Notes under the pieces: generated by a model
What the model was told of the DNA's origin: nothing
Databases searched by the model: none
Seen by the model: the letters and a program-made list of their open reading frames with translations, nothing else
Assembly: GCA_963840035.1 (NCBI GenBank)
Contig: CAWIXE010000002.1
Coordinates: forward strand, 544,001 to 608,000
Origin: a candidate division FCPU426 bacterium
GTDB taxonomy: Bacteria; Oederibacteriota; PGYV01; Palsa-1178
Direction of reading: 5' to 3'
DNA: 64,000 nucleotides
Program-made: the position numbers and the translations under genes
In this document: piece by piece, positions 19,333-28,774 of the stretch
How the letters are laid out: every line of letters begins with the position of its first letter
How positions within the stretch are numbered: position 1 is the first letter of the stretch

Positions 19333-20049
19333 TTATTGTGGTTTTTTTTCGGACATCCGCCTGAATAATTCCGCGAGTTCCGGGCCCCTGGCTGCTGAAT
19401 CGTCCTCGTGTTTGAAAAAAATAAAAGCCTTTTTCCATTTTTGCGCGTTTATTTTTTTTGCCCATTGTTTTAATTCTTTAACCCCGTAATCAAGCCCCCT
19501 CATCCTTAAATAACCCCATTTTGCCGTGGAAATAATCTTTTTTACCGGGCTTTCATCAGTGTCCTCCATGCAAAGGCTGAAATCGCGTTTTTTAAGCAGT
19601 GCATATGTGCCCGGATTATGCCAGGTGGCGCTCCTGAAATCAAAGGAGCAGGGGATTTTGGCGGGTATAAGCTTTAAAAAATCCTTAAGCCGCTTTTGGT
19701 CGTCGCGGAAACTCGCGGGGAACTGGAACAGGACGCAGCCAAGGTTTTTTTTAAGCCCTGAAATTGAATTAAAAAAGAACCCGCACTCCTCATCAACGTA
19801 TTGCAGCCGTTTTATGTGGGTTATGATGCGCGGCGCTTTGACCGTAAAAAGGAAGCCGGGCGGGACCTGCTTCACCCAGGAATTGACCACGGCCGGGGTG
19901 GGCATCCGGTAAAAGGTGTTGTTTATCTCGACGGTTTGAAGCCGGGTTGAGTAGTAGGAGAGCATTTTCGCGCCTGATATTTTTTCCGGATAAAAATTTC
20001 CTTTCCATTCATCGTATCCAAAACCGCTGGTGCCGGCATATATCCTCAT
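19333..20049 (-). CDS. DUF72 family protein
   Basis: GTSGFGYDEWKGNFYP, VEINNTFY, LFQFP and YLRMRG motifs. Confidence 0.9.
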   Translation of the reverse strand: MRIYAGTSGFGYDEWKGNFYPEKISGAKMLSYYSTRLQTVEINNTFYRMPTPAVVNSWVKQVPPGFLFTVKAPRIITHIKRLQYVDEECGFFFNSISGLKKNLGCVLFQFPASFRDDQKRLKDFLKLIPAKIPCSFDFRSATWHNPGTYALLKKRDFSLCMEDTDESPVKKIISTAKWGYLRMRGLDYGVKELKQWAKKINAQKWKKAFIFFKHEDDSAARGPELAELFRRMSEKKPQ

Positions 20050-20062
20050 AACTGAGCCTCCT

Positions 20063-21628
20063 TCATGGTTTCATACGGTCCCTGGAAACTTCTTTTGCTT
20101 TCATGTCGTCCCTCACCCTTAAAAATACAGGATGCCTTAATATGCCCTCTTTTGTCCATTGAGTGAATTCAACTTCACATACCATCACCGGTTTTACCCA
20201 GGATGCCTGTGCCGTTCCGGGCGGGATTGCCTTAAAAGGGCATTTTTTCACCGACAGAGGAAGGAGCTTTTCATACAGGTTTTTTATTGTGCTGCTGCCA
20301 AAGCTGCCGCCTGAGTGTCCCGCGTATGTAAGGACCCCTTTTTCATAGGTGCCCAGCACCAGGCTGCCCAGGTATCCCCTGGAACCCCGGGGTTTTGTAA
20401 AACCCGCTATGACGCAGTCCTGGGTGAGGCGGTTCTTTATTTTAAGCCAGTCACCGTTTCTGGAGCCGGGCTGATAACGGCTGTCAGCCCTTTTGGCGAC
20501 AATGCCTTCCAGCCCTTTTTTCCTGGCGGCATTAAAAAAGGATATGCCGTCGCTTAGGACATGGTCGGAGTAGCGTATGCTGCCGGCAGAAGGGATTATG
20601 GATTTCAATATATCCTTCCTTTTAATTAGGGGAAGGGAGGTAAGGTCGCGGCCGTCCAGGAAAAGTATGTCAAAGGCGTAATATATGAGATTGCTTCCCT
20701 GACCGGAATGGTCCTGCAGCTTCTGGAAGTCGGGCATCCCGGCGTTGTCAAGGGCTACGACCTCGCCGTCCAGTATGGCATCATGTTTTATGTTTTTAAG
20801 CGCTTCTGCGACGGAAGGGAACCTGCTGGAAAGGGAATTTTTATTTCGCGAGAAAAGCCCTGTTCCGGCCCTGCCGGTTTCGGCGATGGCGCGGTAGCCG
20901 TCCCATTTTACCTCGAAAATCCAGCCGGGGCGGTCAAAAGGTTTTTTAACCGCCATGGAAAGCATGGGGTTTATCCCGTGAGGCATGGATTTTTTTGGGG
21001 TGTCATTGCCCGGGATGGCATCTTTTTTTGGATTTTCATGGCCGGGCGCGTTATTTTTTCCGGTGAGTTTTTCCAGTGTGATTCCTGACGCGGCTGAACG
21101 GCCGTCCATGAGGACGTCAGCGGAGGCGGTGAAGGAGTCCTTTTCCTTGAATAAGAGCCATGAATTTTTTTCCCACTTGGTTTTCACCAGTGCGAATCCG
21201 CCCTTTAACTTTTTGCCCGCAAGAACAAATTTCAATTCGCCTTTTTTTAATCCGGCAAGGAGGAGCTTTTCCGCGTCTTTTGCGTTTTCCGCCAGGGGAT
21301 GCGTATAAACCCCGCGGTCCCAGATTATGACTCCGCCGGCGCCGTAATTGCCTTCGGGAATGACGCCTTCGAAGTCCTTATAATCATAGGGATGGTCCTC
21401 AACCATCATGGCGAGCCTTTTTACTGAAGGATCAAGCGAAGGCCCTTTGGGCACGGCCCAGCTTTTGAGTACGCCTGCCATTTCCAGCCTCAGGTCATAG
21501 TGAAGGTTCCTGGCGGCGTGCTTGTGTATGACAAATATGAGGTTGCGGCCGGATGCTTTTTTGGGGGCGGGGCCGGGCTCGGGCGTGGCGTTCAGTTTTC
21601 TTTTTTTTCCGTATTCTTTCAGGCTCAT
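20063..21628 (-). CDS. ligD: LigD, phosphoesterase plus ATP-dependent ligase domains
   Basis: HAARNLHYDLRLE...SWAVPKGPS (PE domain); EVKWDGYR, EGIVAK, WLKIK and LRHPVF (ligase). Confidence 0.92.
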   Translation of the reverse strand: MSLKEYGKKRKLNATPEPGPAPKKASGRNLIFVIHKHAARNLHYDLRLEMAGVLKSWAVPKGPSLDPSVKRLAMMVEDHPYDYKDFEGVIPEGNYGAGGVIIWDRGVYTHPLAENAKDAEKLLLAGLKKGELKFVLAGKKLKGGFALVKTKWEKNSWLLFKEKDSFTASADVLMDGRSAASGITLEKLTGKNNAPGHENPKKDAIPGNDTPKKSMPHGINPMLSMAVKKPFDRPGWIFEVKWDGYRAIAETGRAGTGLFSRNKNSLSSRFPSVAEALKNIKHDAILDGEVVALDNAGMPDFQKLQDHSGQGSNLIYYAFDILFLDGRDLTSLPLIKRKDILKSIIPSAGSIRYSDHVLSDGISFFNAARKKGLEGIVAKRADSRYQPGSRNGDWLKIKNRLTQDCVIAGFTKPRGSRGYLGSLVLGTYEKGVLTYAGHSGGSFGSSTIKNLYEKLLPLSVKKCPFKAIPPGTAQASWVKPVMVCEVEFTQWTKEGILRHPVFLRVRDDMKAKEVSRDRMKP

Positions 21629-22529
21629 AAGAATGGCAGCTTCTGCTTTTTTTCAAGCATGAATTTAAAAAGGTCGCCGTATTTTTTGGCGCGCAACGCG
21701 GCCTGCAGGTGCGTTATCAGGAATTTGTCAGGGTCATTTTGTTTCAAAAGTTTTTTCAGCTCTTTCCAGGATATCGGGCAGGAAACCGACGGTATGTCTC
21801 CGGCCCGCAGGGAGTATACGCATACCATGGTTTTTGAAGGGTCGTTCTGAGACCAGTTTATGAATACTTTTCCGGAGCGCAGCTTTTGTCCATTTTTGAC
21901 GTGACAAGGCCAGGGTAAGCGGACTGCAGCGCTTCGGCAACGGCCCGTGAAAATTTTTTAGTGTCATCATATGTGGCGGCAGCGTAATTAAGGGGGACGA
22001 AGACATGAAGCCCTTTTTTACCTGAGGTTTTAACCGCGCTCTCAAGGCCGGTGTCATCAAGGAGTTTTTTCAGGATGAGGGCCACCCGGGCGCATTCCAG
22101 CACGCCGGCGCCTTCACCGGGGTCAAGGTCAAACACTATGCTGTCCGGGGTATACTGGCTGGCAGCCCTGGCAAGGGGGACATGCAGCTCGATGGAGGCG
22201 AGGTTTTCCACCCACATGAGGCTTTCAAGGCCGTTAATAAGGCAGGCTGTGAGCTTTTTATCCTTTCCATAGGCGACTTCAGCCGTTTCCATCCAGGCCG
22301 GCCTGTAGGCGGGGCAGCGTTTTTCAAAAAAATAACCCTTTTCAACACCGTCGGGATAACGCTTCAGGGTAAGCGCGCGGCCTTTTAGATGGGGAAGCAT
22401 ATAAGGGGCGATGACCCGGTAGTATTCAAGTATCCGGGCTTTGGAAAAACCGTATGAGGCGTATAAGTTTTTCTCCAGGTTTGAGAGGGTAAGGGTTTTG
22501 TTGTTAATCCTAACTGTTTTGGAGCTCAT
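21625..22529 (-). pseudogene. Stand-alone LigD polymerase (AEP) domain with a 1-nt frameshift near 21884-21887
   Basis: RYPDG, FFEK, DLDP and KTSGKKGLH motifs; adding one A to GACAAAAG restores KLRSGKVFINWSQNDPSKTMVCVYSLRA. A sequencing error is possible. Confidence 0.82.
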
Positions 22530-23398
22530 TTTTCCTTCTCTGCGTTCCGCATGCTGGCTTCAAGCGCCGCCACCAGGTCTTCCACGCCTTCAGCGGTTTT
22601 TTCACCTGTATCCGGAGACTGCACCTCTTTTTTCTCCTTTGCCTTATCCCTAAGGATTTCCATGAGTTTTTTTCTTCGCGGATCGGAGAATTGTTCCGGT
22701 GAAAATACCGTCATCATTTTTTTAATGGAATTTTTCAATGTGCTTACCTCTGCGGGGTCGGCGGCATCCGCGGGAATAAGGGCTTCATCCGACTGTATCT
22801 CGCTGCTGTAATGCAGGGTGGAAACCTCCAGGACCTTATCCCTGCTTTTAACCGCCACAAGATATTCGCGCTCTCCGAGCACAAACTTCGCTATGCCTGC
22901 CCTGCCGGATCTTTGCAGCGCCTCCGCCAGGAGGCAGTATGATTTTTCACCGCCTTTTAACGGGGAGAGGTAGTAAGGGTGGTCGTAATATATGGGGTCG
23001 ATATCGGAGGCGTTTACAAACTCCAGTATCTCTATGGTGCGGCTGCGCTCAGGCGATACGGATTCCAGTTCCTCGTCGGTTATGACCAGGTGTTTCCCCG
23101 GCTCAATCTCATAACCCCTGACTATTTCCTCAGGTGGGACTATCTTTTCCTCGTCAGGGCAGAACATTTTTCTTTCGAGAGGGGAATAATCCCTGCCATG
23201 CAGCATGCGGAAGGAGACCCGGCCGGGTTCCACGGCTTTTACAAGACGCACCGGTATGGCCACAAGGCTGAAGCTTATAGTGCCGCTCCAGATGCCCTGA
23301 TGGGGGGCGGCAGGCTCTTTTGGCTGCGCCATCGCCGGTCCTGATTTTTTGAGGGAAGGGATTTTTTTAATGGCGGATTTTTTCTTTTTTGTCTTCAT
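22526..23398 (-). CDS. ku: Ku protein (copy 2) with Lys-rich N-terminal extension
   Basis: IWSGTISFSLVAIPVRL, IVRGYE, YYDHPYYL and DLVAALEAS motifs. Confidence 0.9.
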   Translation of the reverse strand: MKTKKKKSAIKKIPSLKKSGPAMAQPKEPAAPHQGIWSGTISFSLVAIPVRLVKAVEPGRVSFRMLHGRDYSPLERKMFCPDEEKIVPPEEIVRGYEIEPGKHLVITDEELESVSPERSRTIEILEFVNASDIDPIYYDHPYYLSPLKGGEKSYCLLAEALQRSGRAGIAKFVLGEREYLVAVKSRDKVLEVSTLHYSSEIQSDEALIPADAADPAEVSTLKNSIKKMMTVFSPEQFSDPRRKKLMEILRDKAKEKKEVQSPDTGEKTAEGVEDLVAALEASMRNAEKEK

Positions 23399-23399
23399 T

Positions 23400-24167
23400 T
23401 TATGCCGCCTTTTTGAGGCTTTTTTTAAGGGCCTCAAGCAGTTTTCCGGGTTCTGTCGCTTTGAGGTGTTTTGGCTTAAGCAGGGTTATCTTTTCACCGC
23501 GTTTTTTCCTGTCGATGAGCCCGTGCAGTTTTTCGATATGCCCGTTGACGTATTTTGACGGGTCAAACGCCACGGTCATCTTATTGATTAGTTCGCTGCC
23601 TATTTCCATTTCCTTTTCTGAAAGAGGGAACTCCTCAAGTCCCAGGCTCCGCGGCTGGATGATCTCGTCGGCATACCTTAAAGTATCGAGCCTTAATGTC
23701 TTTCCCGCTGACTGCAGCGCTCCCAGGTAGGAGCGTTTCCGCATGGTCCACGTGCAGATACCCAGCGCGTTCATCTCTTTTAGCGCGGCGGCGAGAGCGC
23801 TGTAGGTTTTTGCGGGCGCCTGAGGACCGAGAAAATATGTGCGTTCAAAAAACGCCGGGTCGATATCTCCGGGCTTTACAAAACCGCTGACAACTATATC
23901 CCTGCTTTCAGCCGGATCGGCCAGTTCCAGTTCTTCAGGGTCTATGAGCAGGTATTTTCCGCCTTCAAGGGGGAATCCCTTTACCTGCTCTTCAGAAGGC
24001 ACTGCTGATTTGTCATACGCGCATATCATTTGCTGCCGCAGCCTGACCCTGTCGCGGCTGTGCAGAAGGTGGAAACCGATAAGGTCCTGGGTTACCGAAC
24101 TGTGGAGTTTTACAGGGACATTTACCCGGCCAAATTTAATATTGCCTATCCAGATGGTTGATGACAT
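23400..24167 (-). CDS. ku: Ku protein (copy 1)
   Basis: IWIGNIKFGRVNVPVKL, FFERTYFL, TLRYADEI and LLEALKKSL motifs. Confidence 0.9.
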   Translation of the reverse strand: MSSTIWIGNIKFGRVNVPVKLHSSVTQDLIGFHLLHSRDRVRLRQQMICAYDKSAVPSEEQVKGFPLEGGKYLLIDPEELELADPAESRDIVVSGFVKPGDIDPAFFERTYFLGPQAPAKTYSALAAALKEMNALGICTWTMRKRSYLGALQSAGKTLRLDTLRYADEIIQPRSLGLEEFPLSEKEMEIGSELINKMTVAFDPSKYVNGHIEKLHGLIDRKKRGEKITLLKPKHLKATEPGKLLEALKKSLKKAA

Positions 24168-24391
24168 AAAAACCCCTTTCAAATATGGGAATTATTAACC
24201 TTATAATCATAAATTAAGTATACCAGCGTTTTTCGCGTATTTCAAGTTTCCGGCCTTAAAAAACGTAAAAACGTCCGTTTTTATTCAAAAAAAATGATTT
24301 TTCTGCCTTGAAATAGGTTTATCATTATGATAAAATTACGCTGTTGTTTTCAATTACAAATCTTTTATATTATACCAAGGAGGAAAGAGAA

Positions 24392-27184
24392 ATGGCCAAG
24401 AAAGCAAAAGCAAAAAAGCCGGCCGGCAAAGGCAAAGCCTCGAAAAAGTACGTTTATTTTTTCGGCAAAGGCAAAGCTGACGGAAACGGCGAAATGAAGG
24501 CACTGTTAGGCGGAAAAGGCGCGGGACTCGCGGAAATGACAAACGCGGGCGTACCGGTCCCTCCGGGATTTACCATCACCACCGAAGTTTGCACGGGCTT
24601 TTACGAGAATAACAAGAAAGTACCCGCAGGCTTAGACGACCAGATGATGCAGTACATCAAAAAGCTCGAGGAAGTTGAAAATAAAAGGTTCGGAGACCCG
24701 GTTAACCCGCTGCTCGTATCAGTACGCTCGGGCGCGAAGTTCTCCATGCCGGGAATGATGGACACCATACTTAACCTCGGTATCAACGACGTGACAGTAC
24801 AGGCCATCATCAAGAATACAAACAACCCGCGTTTCGCGTGGGATTCATACAGAAGGTTCATCCAGATGTACGCTGACGTTGTCATGGAGCTCTCGAAGAA
24901 AGAATTCGAGCACCTCATAGACGCCATGAAGAAGAAAAAGGGAATTTCGCTGGACACTGAATTCACGGCGGACGACATGAAAGAAATGGTTGTGGAATTC
25001 AAGGCATTTGTGAAAAAATCCCTCGGCAAAGACTTTCCGCAGGACGCTATAGAACAGTTAAAGGGCGCGCGCGATGCTGTGTTTAAATCATGGATGAACG
25101 ACCGCGCTATATTCTACAGAAAAGCAAACAGCATATCCGAGTCCATCGGAACCGCCGTAAACGTTCAGGCCATGGTATTCGGAAACATGGGTAATGACTC
25201 GGGAACGGGCGTAGGTTTCACAAGAAACCCTGCCACCGGGGAAAAAGTTCCTTATGGAGAGTACCTCTTAAACGCGCAGGGCGAGGACGTCGTCGCCGGC
25301 GTTAGGACACCAAACAAGATCGCCAATCTCGGCAAGGACATGCCGGCTGTTTACAAGCAGCTTATGGACATCACATCCAGGCTCGAAAAAAAGTACCGCG
25401 ATGTCCAGGATTTTGAGTTCACAATCGAAAAGAACAAACTTTACATGCTCCAGACACGCTCGGGCAAAAGGACCGGCATGGCAGCTGTAAAGATAGCCGT
25501 TGATATGTTCAAGGAAAAACTCATCACCAAAGAAGAAGCGGTATTAAGGGTGGAGCCGGTTCAGCTCGACCAGCTTCTGCACCCCGTATTTGACTCAAAG
25601 GCCGAGAAAAAAGTAATCGCGAAGGGCCTTAACGCTTCACCCGGCGCAGCCACCGGAAAAGCCACATTCACTGCGGACGACGCTGTGGAATGGAAGGCAA
25701 AAGGCGAAAAAGTTATCCTCGTAAGGCAGGAAACATCGCCTGACGACATTCACGGAATGGACGCTGCGGCCGGCATATTGACGGCGCGCGGCGGAGCAAC
25801 ATCACACGCTGCTGTTGTCGCAAGGCAGATGGGCAAAGTTTGCGTGGCCGGATGCGAAGAGCTTATCGTTTCCGAGAAGACAAAGTCAATGACAGTAAAA
25901 TCATCGGGCCTTGTAATTAAAGAAGGCGACTGGATATCCATCGACGGAACAACCGGACAGGTAATGGCCGGCAAAGTCCCGACAATGGAGCCTAAAATGG
26001 AAGGCGAATTCGGCGAGTTCATGAAATGGGTCGACGAGTTCAAAACCATCAAGGTAAGGGCAAACGCCGACGTCCCAAGGGACGCGAAAGTGGCAAGGCA
26101 GTACGGCGCAGAGGGAATCGGGCTTTGCAGGACAGAGCATATGTTCTTTGACGCTGACAGGCTCCCGTTCATGCAGGAAATGATCCTTGCCTCAGACGAA
26201 GCCGGCAGGAGAGATGCTCTGAAAAAACTCCTCCCGATGCAGAGAAGCGACTTCTCAGGGCTCTTCCAGACCATGGAAGGCTACGGAGTAACCATCAGGT
26301 TCCTGGATCCGCCTCTCCACGAGTTCCTCCCGAAGAGAGAAGAGCTCATGGTTGAAGTAGCCAGGATGGAAGCTACAGGCAAGACATCAATGTCAAACGA
26401 TATGCTTAAAAAATCGCTTGACCTTATTAAAGGCACAGGCACTGACCTGGAAAAGGCGAAGATCCTCTTAGCCCGCGTCGAAGAACTCCACGAGTTCAAC
26501 CCGATGCTCGGGCACCGCGGATGCCGCCTTGGTATCACATATCCGGAGATTTCAGAGATGCAGACACGCGCCGTCATTGAAGCCGCAATCGAGCTTAACA
26601 AGACAGGCAAAAAGATCATCCCTGAGATCATGATACCGCTCGTAGGCAATGTAAAAGAGTTCCTTGACCAGAAGAACGTAGTTGACGCTACAGCCAAGGC
26701 AGTTATGGCTGAAAAAGGCGTTAAGATACCGTACCTCGTCGGAACCATGATTGAAGTACCCAGAGCGGCAGTTACGGCCGATGAGATAGCGGTTCACGCC
26801 GAGTTCTTCTCATTCGGTACAAACGACCTGACCCAGACATGCCTGGGCTTCTCGCGCGACGACGCAGGCGGATTCACCAAAGCATATATCGACAAGAAAA
26901 TATTTGAATCTGACCCGTTCCAGACACTCGACCAGGTGGGCGTAGGCTCGCTTGTGAAGATGGCTGTGGATAAAGGGCGCAAAGTAAAGGCGAAATTGAA
27001 GATCGGAATCTGCGGAGAACACGGCGGAGACCCGGCATCTGTTGAATTCTTTAACGGAGCAGGGCTTGATTACGTATCGTGCTCGCCGTACAGGGTACCG
27101 ATCGCAAGGCTCGCTGCCGCGCATGCTGCCATAAAGGCCGCTCACGCGAAAAAAGGAAAAAAGATAGCGGCAAAAGACAAATAA
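24392..27184 (+). CDS. ppdK: Pyruvate, phosphate dikinase
   Basis: LLGGKGA, SVRSGA-SMPGMMDT, GGATSHAAVVAR and GICGEHGG motifs. Confidence 0.97.
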   Translation: MAKKAKAKKPAGKGKASKKYVYFFGKGKADGNGEMKALLGGKGAGLAEMTNAGVPVPPGFTITTEVCTGFYENNKKVPAGLDDQMMQYIKKLEEVENKRFGDPVNPLLVSVRSGAKFSMPGMMDTILNLGINDVTVQAIIKNTNNPRFAWDSYRRFIQMYADVVMELSKKEFEHLIDAMKKKKGISLDTEFTADDMKEMVVEFKAFVKKSLGKDFPQDAIEQLKGARDAVFKSWMNDRAIFYRKANSISESIGTAVNVQAMVFGNMGNDSGTGVGFTRNPATGEKVPYGEYLLNAQGEDVVAGVRTPNKIANLGKDMPAVYKQLMDITSRLEKKYRDVQDFEFTIEKNKLYMLQTRSGKRTGMAAVKIAVDMFKEKLITKEEAVLRVEPVQLDQLLHPVFDSKAEKKVIAKGLNASPGAATGKATFTADDAVEWKAKGEKVILVRQETSPDDIHGMDAAAGILTARGGATSHAAVVARQMGKVCVAGCEELIVSEKTKSMTVKSSGLVIKEGDWISIDGTTGQVMAGKVPTMEPKMEGEFGEFMKWVDEFKTIKVRANADVPRDAKVARQYGAEGIGLCRTEHMFFDADRLPFMQEMILASDEAGRRDALKKLLPMQRSDFSGLFQTMEGYGVTIRFLDPPLHEFLPKREELMVEVARMEATGKTSMSNDMLKKSLDLIKGTGTDLEKAKILLARVEELHEFNPMLGHRGCRLGITYPEISEMQTRAVIEAAIELNKTGKKIIPEIMIPLVGNVKEFLDQKNVVDATAKAVMAEKGVKIPYLVGTMIEVPRAAVTADEIAVHAEFFSFGTNDLTQTCLGFSRDDAGGFTKAYIDKKIFESDPFQTLDQVGVGSLVKMAVDKGRKVKAKLKIGICGEHGGDPASVEFFNGAGLDYVSCSPYRVPIARLAAAHAAIKAAHAKKGKKIAAKDK

Positions 27185-27200
27185 GTTTTTTGTTTAATAC

Positions 27201-27231
27201 AAAAAGGCCGGGCATATCGCCCGGCCTTTTT
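27201..27231. terminator. Bidirectional intrinsic terminator
   Basis: AAAAAGGCCGGGC-ATATC-GCCCGGCCTTTTT between convergent genes. Confidence 0.88.
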
Positions 27232-27260
27232 GGTTTTTATAAGTAATTGTGAGTAGTGGT

Positions 27261-27566
27261 TTACTTACCCAGTATAATCTTCAGTCCCTCAAAATCAGGC
27301 TGGGAGTATGATTTGAAGTCAACTGTATACTTTATGCCATTCGAGGCCGTCAGTTCAAATTTTCCGTCGTATAAGGTTCCTGCAGGTTTTATCATAATGG
27401 ATGAAATTTCTGATATTTTAAAGGATTTATTTGATTTTTTTACCGAGTTTGAAAGACCTTTTTTACGCAGGATGAGCCTGTCCTTATAGAGATCAAGCTG
27501 GTCTTCAACGCCGACGGCGGACTTTATGGGTTTTTCTTCCTCGAAACCTTCTTCTTTTATGTCCAT
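27261..27566 (-). CDS. Hypothetical small protein (bacterial PH-like/DUF4429-like)
   Basis: GGAGG RBS; GVEDQLDLYKDRLILRKKG...ISEISSIMIKPAG. Confidence 0.65.
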   Translation of the reverse strand: MDIKEEGFEEEKPIKSAVGVEDQLDLYKDRLILRKKGLSNSVKKSNKSFKISEISSIMIKPAGTLYDGKFELTASNGIKYTVDFKSYSQPDFEGLKIILGK

Positions 27567-27689
27567 GATACCTCCGGTTTTTAATAATATAAATAAATTA
27601 ACAGAATTTGAAATTAGTGTCAACGTGTATATATGGCAGGATGGGCAGCAAAGTGAGCGGCATGGAAGCCAAAGAAAGCCGGGTTAAGT

Positions 27690-28000
27690 TCAAGTGCCGG
27701 GCGAGCCGCCGGCTCGCCCGGCACTTGACTTTGTTGGTATGTCTTGTCTTGTTTTCGTAGGGGCGAGCCGGTGGCTCGCCCGGCCTTTGACTTTGTTGGT
27801 ATGTCTTGTCTTGCTTTCGTAGGGGCGAGCCGCCGGCTCGCCCGGCCTTTGACTTTGTTGGTATGTCTTGTCTTGCTTTCGTAGGGGCGAGCCGCCGGCT
27901 CGCCCGGCCTTTGACTTTGTTGGTATGTATTGTCTTGTTTTCGTAGGGGCGATCCGGCCATGTCCGTTGAAGCTTCAGCGAAAACGGATGGCTCGCCCGG
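27690..28000 (+). repeat. Tandem array of family-A REPs with 62-bp period
   Basis: GTAG at 27757, 27819, 27881 and 27943 with near-identical linkers; starts with a perfect palindrome; last unit has a 31-nt insert. Confidence 0.93.
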
Positions 28001-28165
28001 TTCTTGTTTTAAGCTCTTTAATCAAGCCCGAAGCCTCGCCGCCGATAAAAATGCTTTTAAAGAGACATTAGCAGTAGTATAATATACACATAAAGAAATT
28101 TAAATAGGCGCAGTTGAAAAAAAGCGTCCGGATTTAATTGTGAATATATATCACAGGGAGAAAAA

Positions 28166-28774
28166 ATGACGCATATTGACATAAAAGACATTACCCCGGC
28201 AGAGCTCCGGGCCATACAGGACCATAAGTACTTCATGTCCCAAAAAGAAGGCAAGGAAGTCACCATAGAAGAGGCCATAAAGGATTTTCTTGAAAAATAC
28301 CTGGATGAATGGCGTCTTGAAAAAACCCGTAATGACAACATGGAACAGGTGGCAAAGATAAAGGATTACATGGCAAAAGGCGGCGACCTGGAGGACTGGT
28401 CGGAAGAATACGCGCCGGTATGGAGGACTGAAAGGGAATCCCTGGAAAAAAATCAGTTTCTAAGCCGTGTACTTACGGTCAATATTGACCATGGCCTGCA
28501 TGTCAGGCCTTCGGGAAAATTGGTAACGATAGCCAAGAAATATGACTGTGAGATATATGTCCACAGGGAAGGCATGCAGCACCATAATTTTAAGCTGGAT
28601 GGCAAACCCTTTATGAATGTCAAATCCGTCCTTGCGGCCCTTGAGCTGGTATCAATGTGCGTCTCAAAAGGCGAGAAACTTGAATTTCTGGCATACGGCA
28701 AGCAGGCGGGAGAAGCGCTTGATTCCATAGAAAGGGTCGTCACCAGCAGGCTCGGGGACGTGGATAAAATATGA
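28166..28774 (+). CDS. HPr-family phosphocarrier fused to an N-terminal DUF4032-like domain
   Basis: C-terminal GLHVRP and NVKSVL (His15 and Ser46 equivalents); N-terminal IQDHKYFMSQKEGKEV. Confidence 0.75.
   Translation: MTHIDIKDITPAELRAIQDHKYFMSQKEGKEVTIEEAIKDFLEKYLDEWRLEKTRNDNMEQVAKIKDYMAKGGDLEDWSEEYAPVWRTERESLEKNQFLSRVLTVNIDHGLHVRPSGKLVTIAKKYDCEIYVHREGMQHHNFKLDGKPFMNVKSVLAALELVSMCVSKGEKLEFLAYGKQAGEALDSIERVVTSRLGDVDKI

Noticed and set aside
27690..28000. CRISPR array
   Set aside because: The linkers are near-identical rather than unique spacers, the repeat is the RAYT-flanking REP, and there are no cas genes
27620..28071. ORFs with repeated RPGEPAARPYE-type peptides (also 878-1138, 1578-1912 and 16145-16330)
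   Set aside because: Spurious translations of REP repeats
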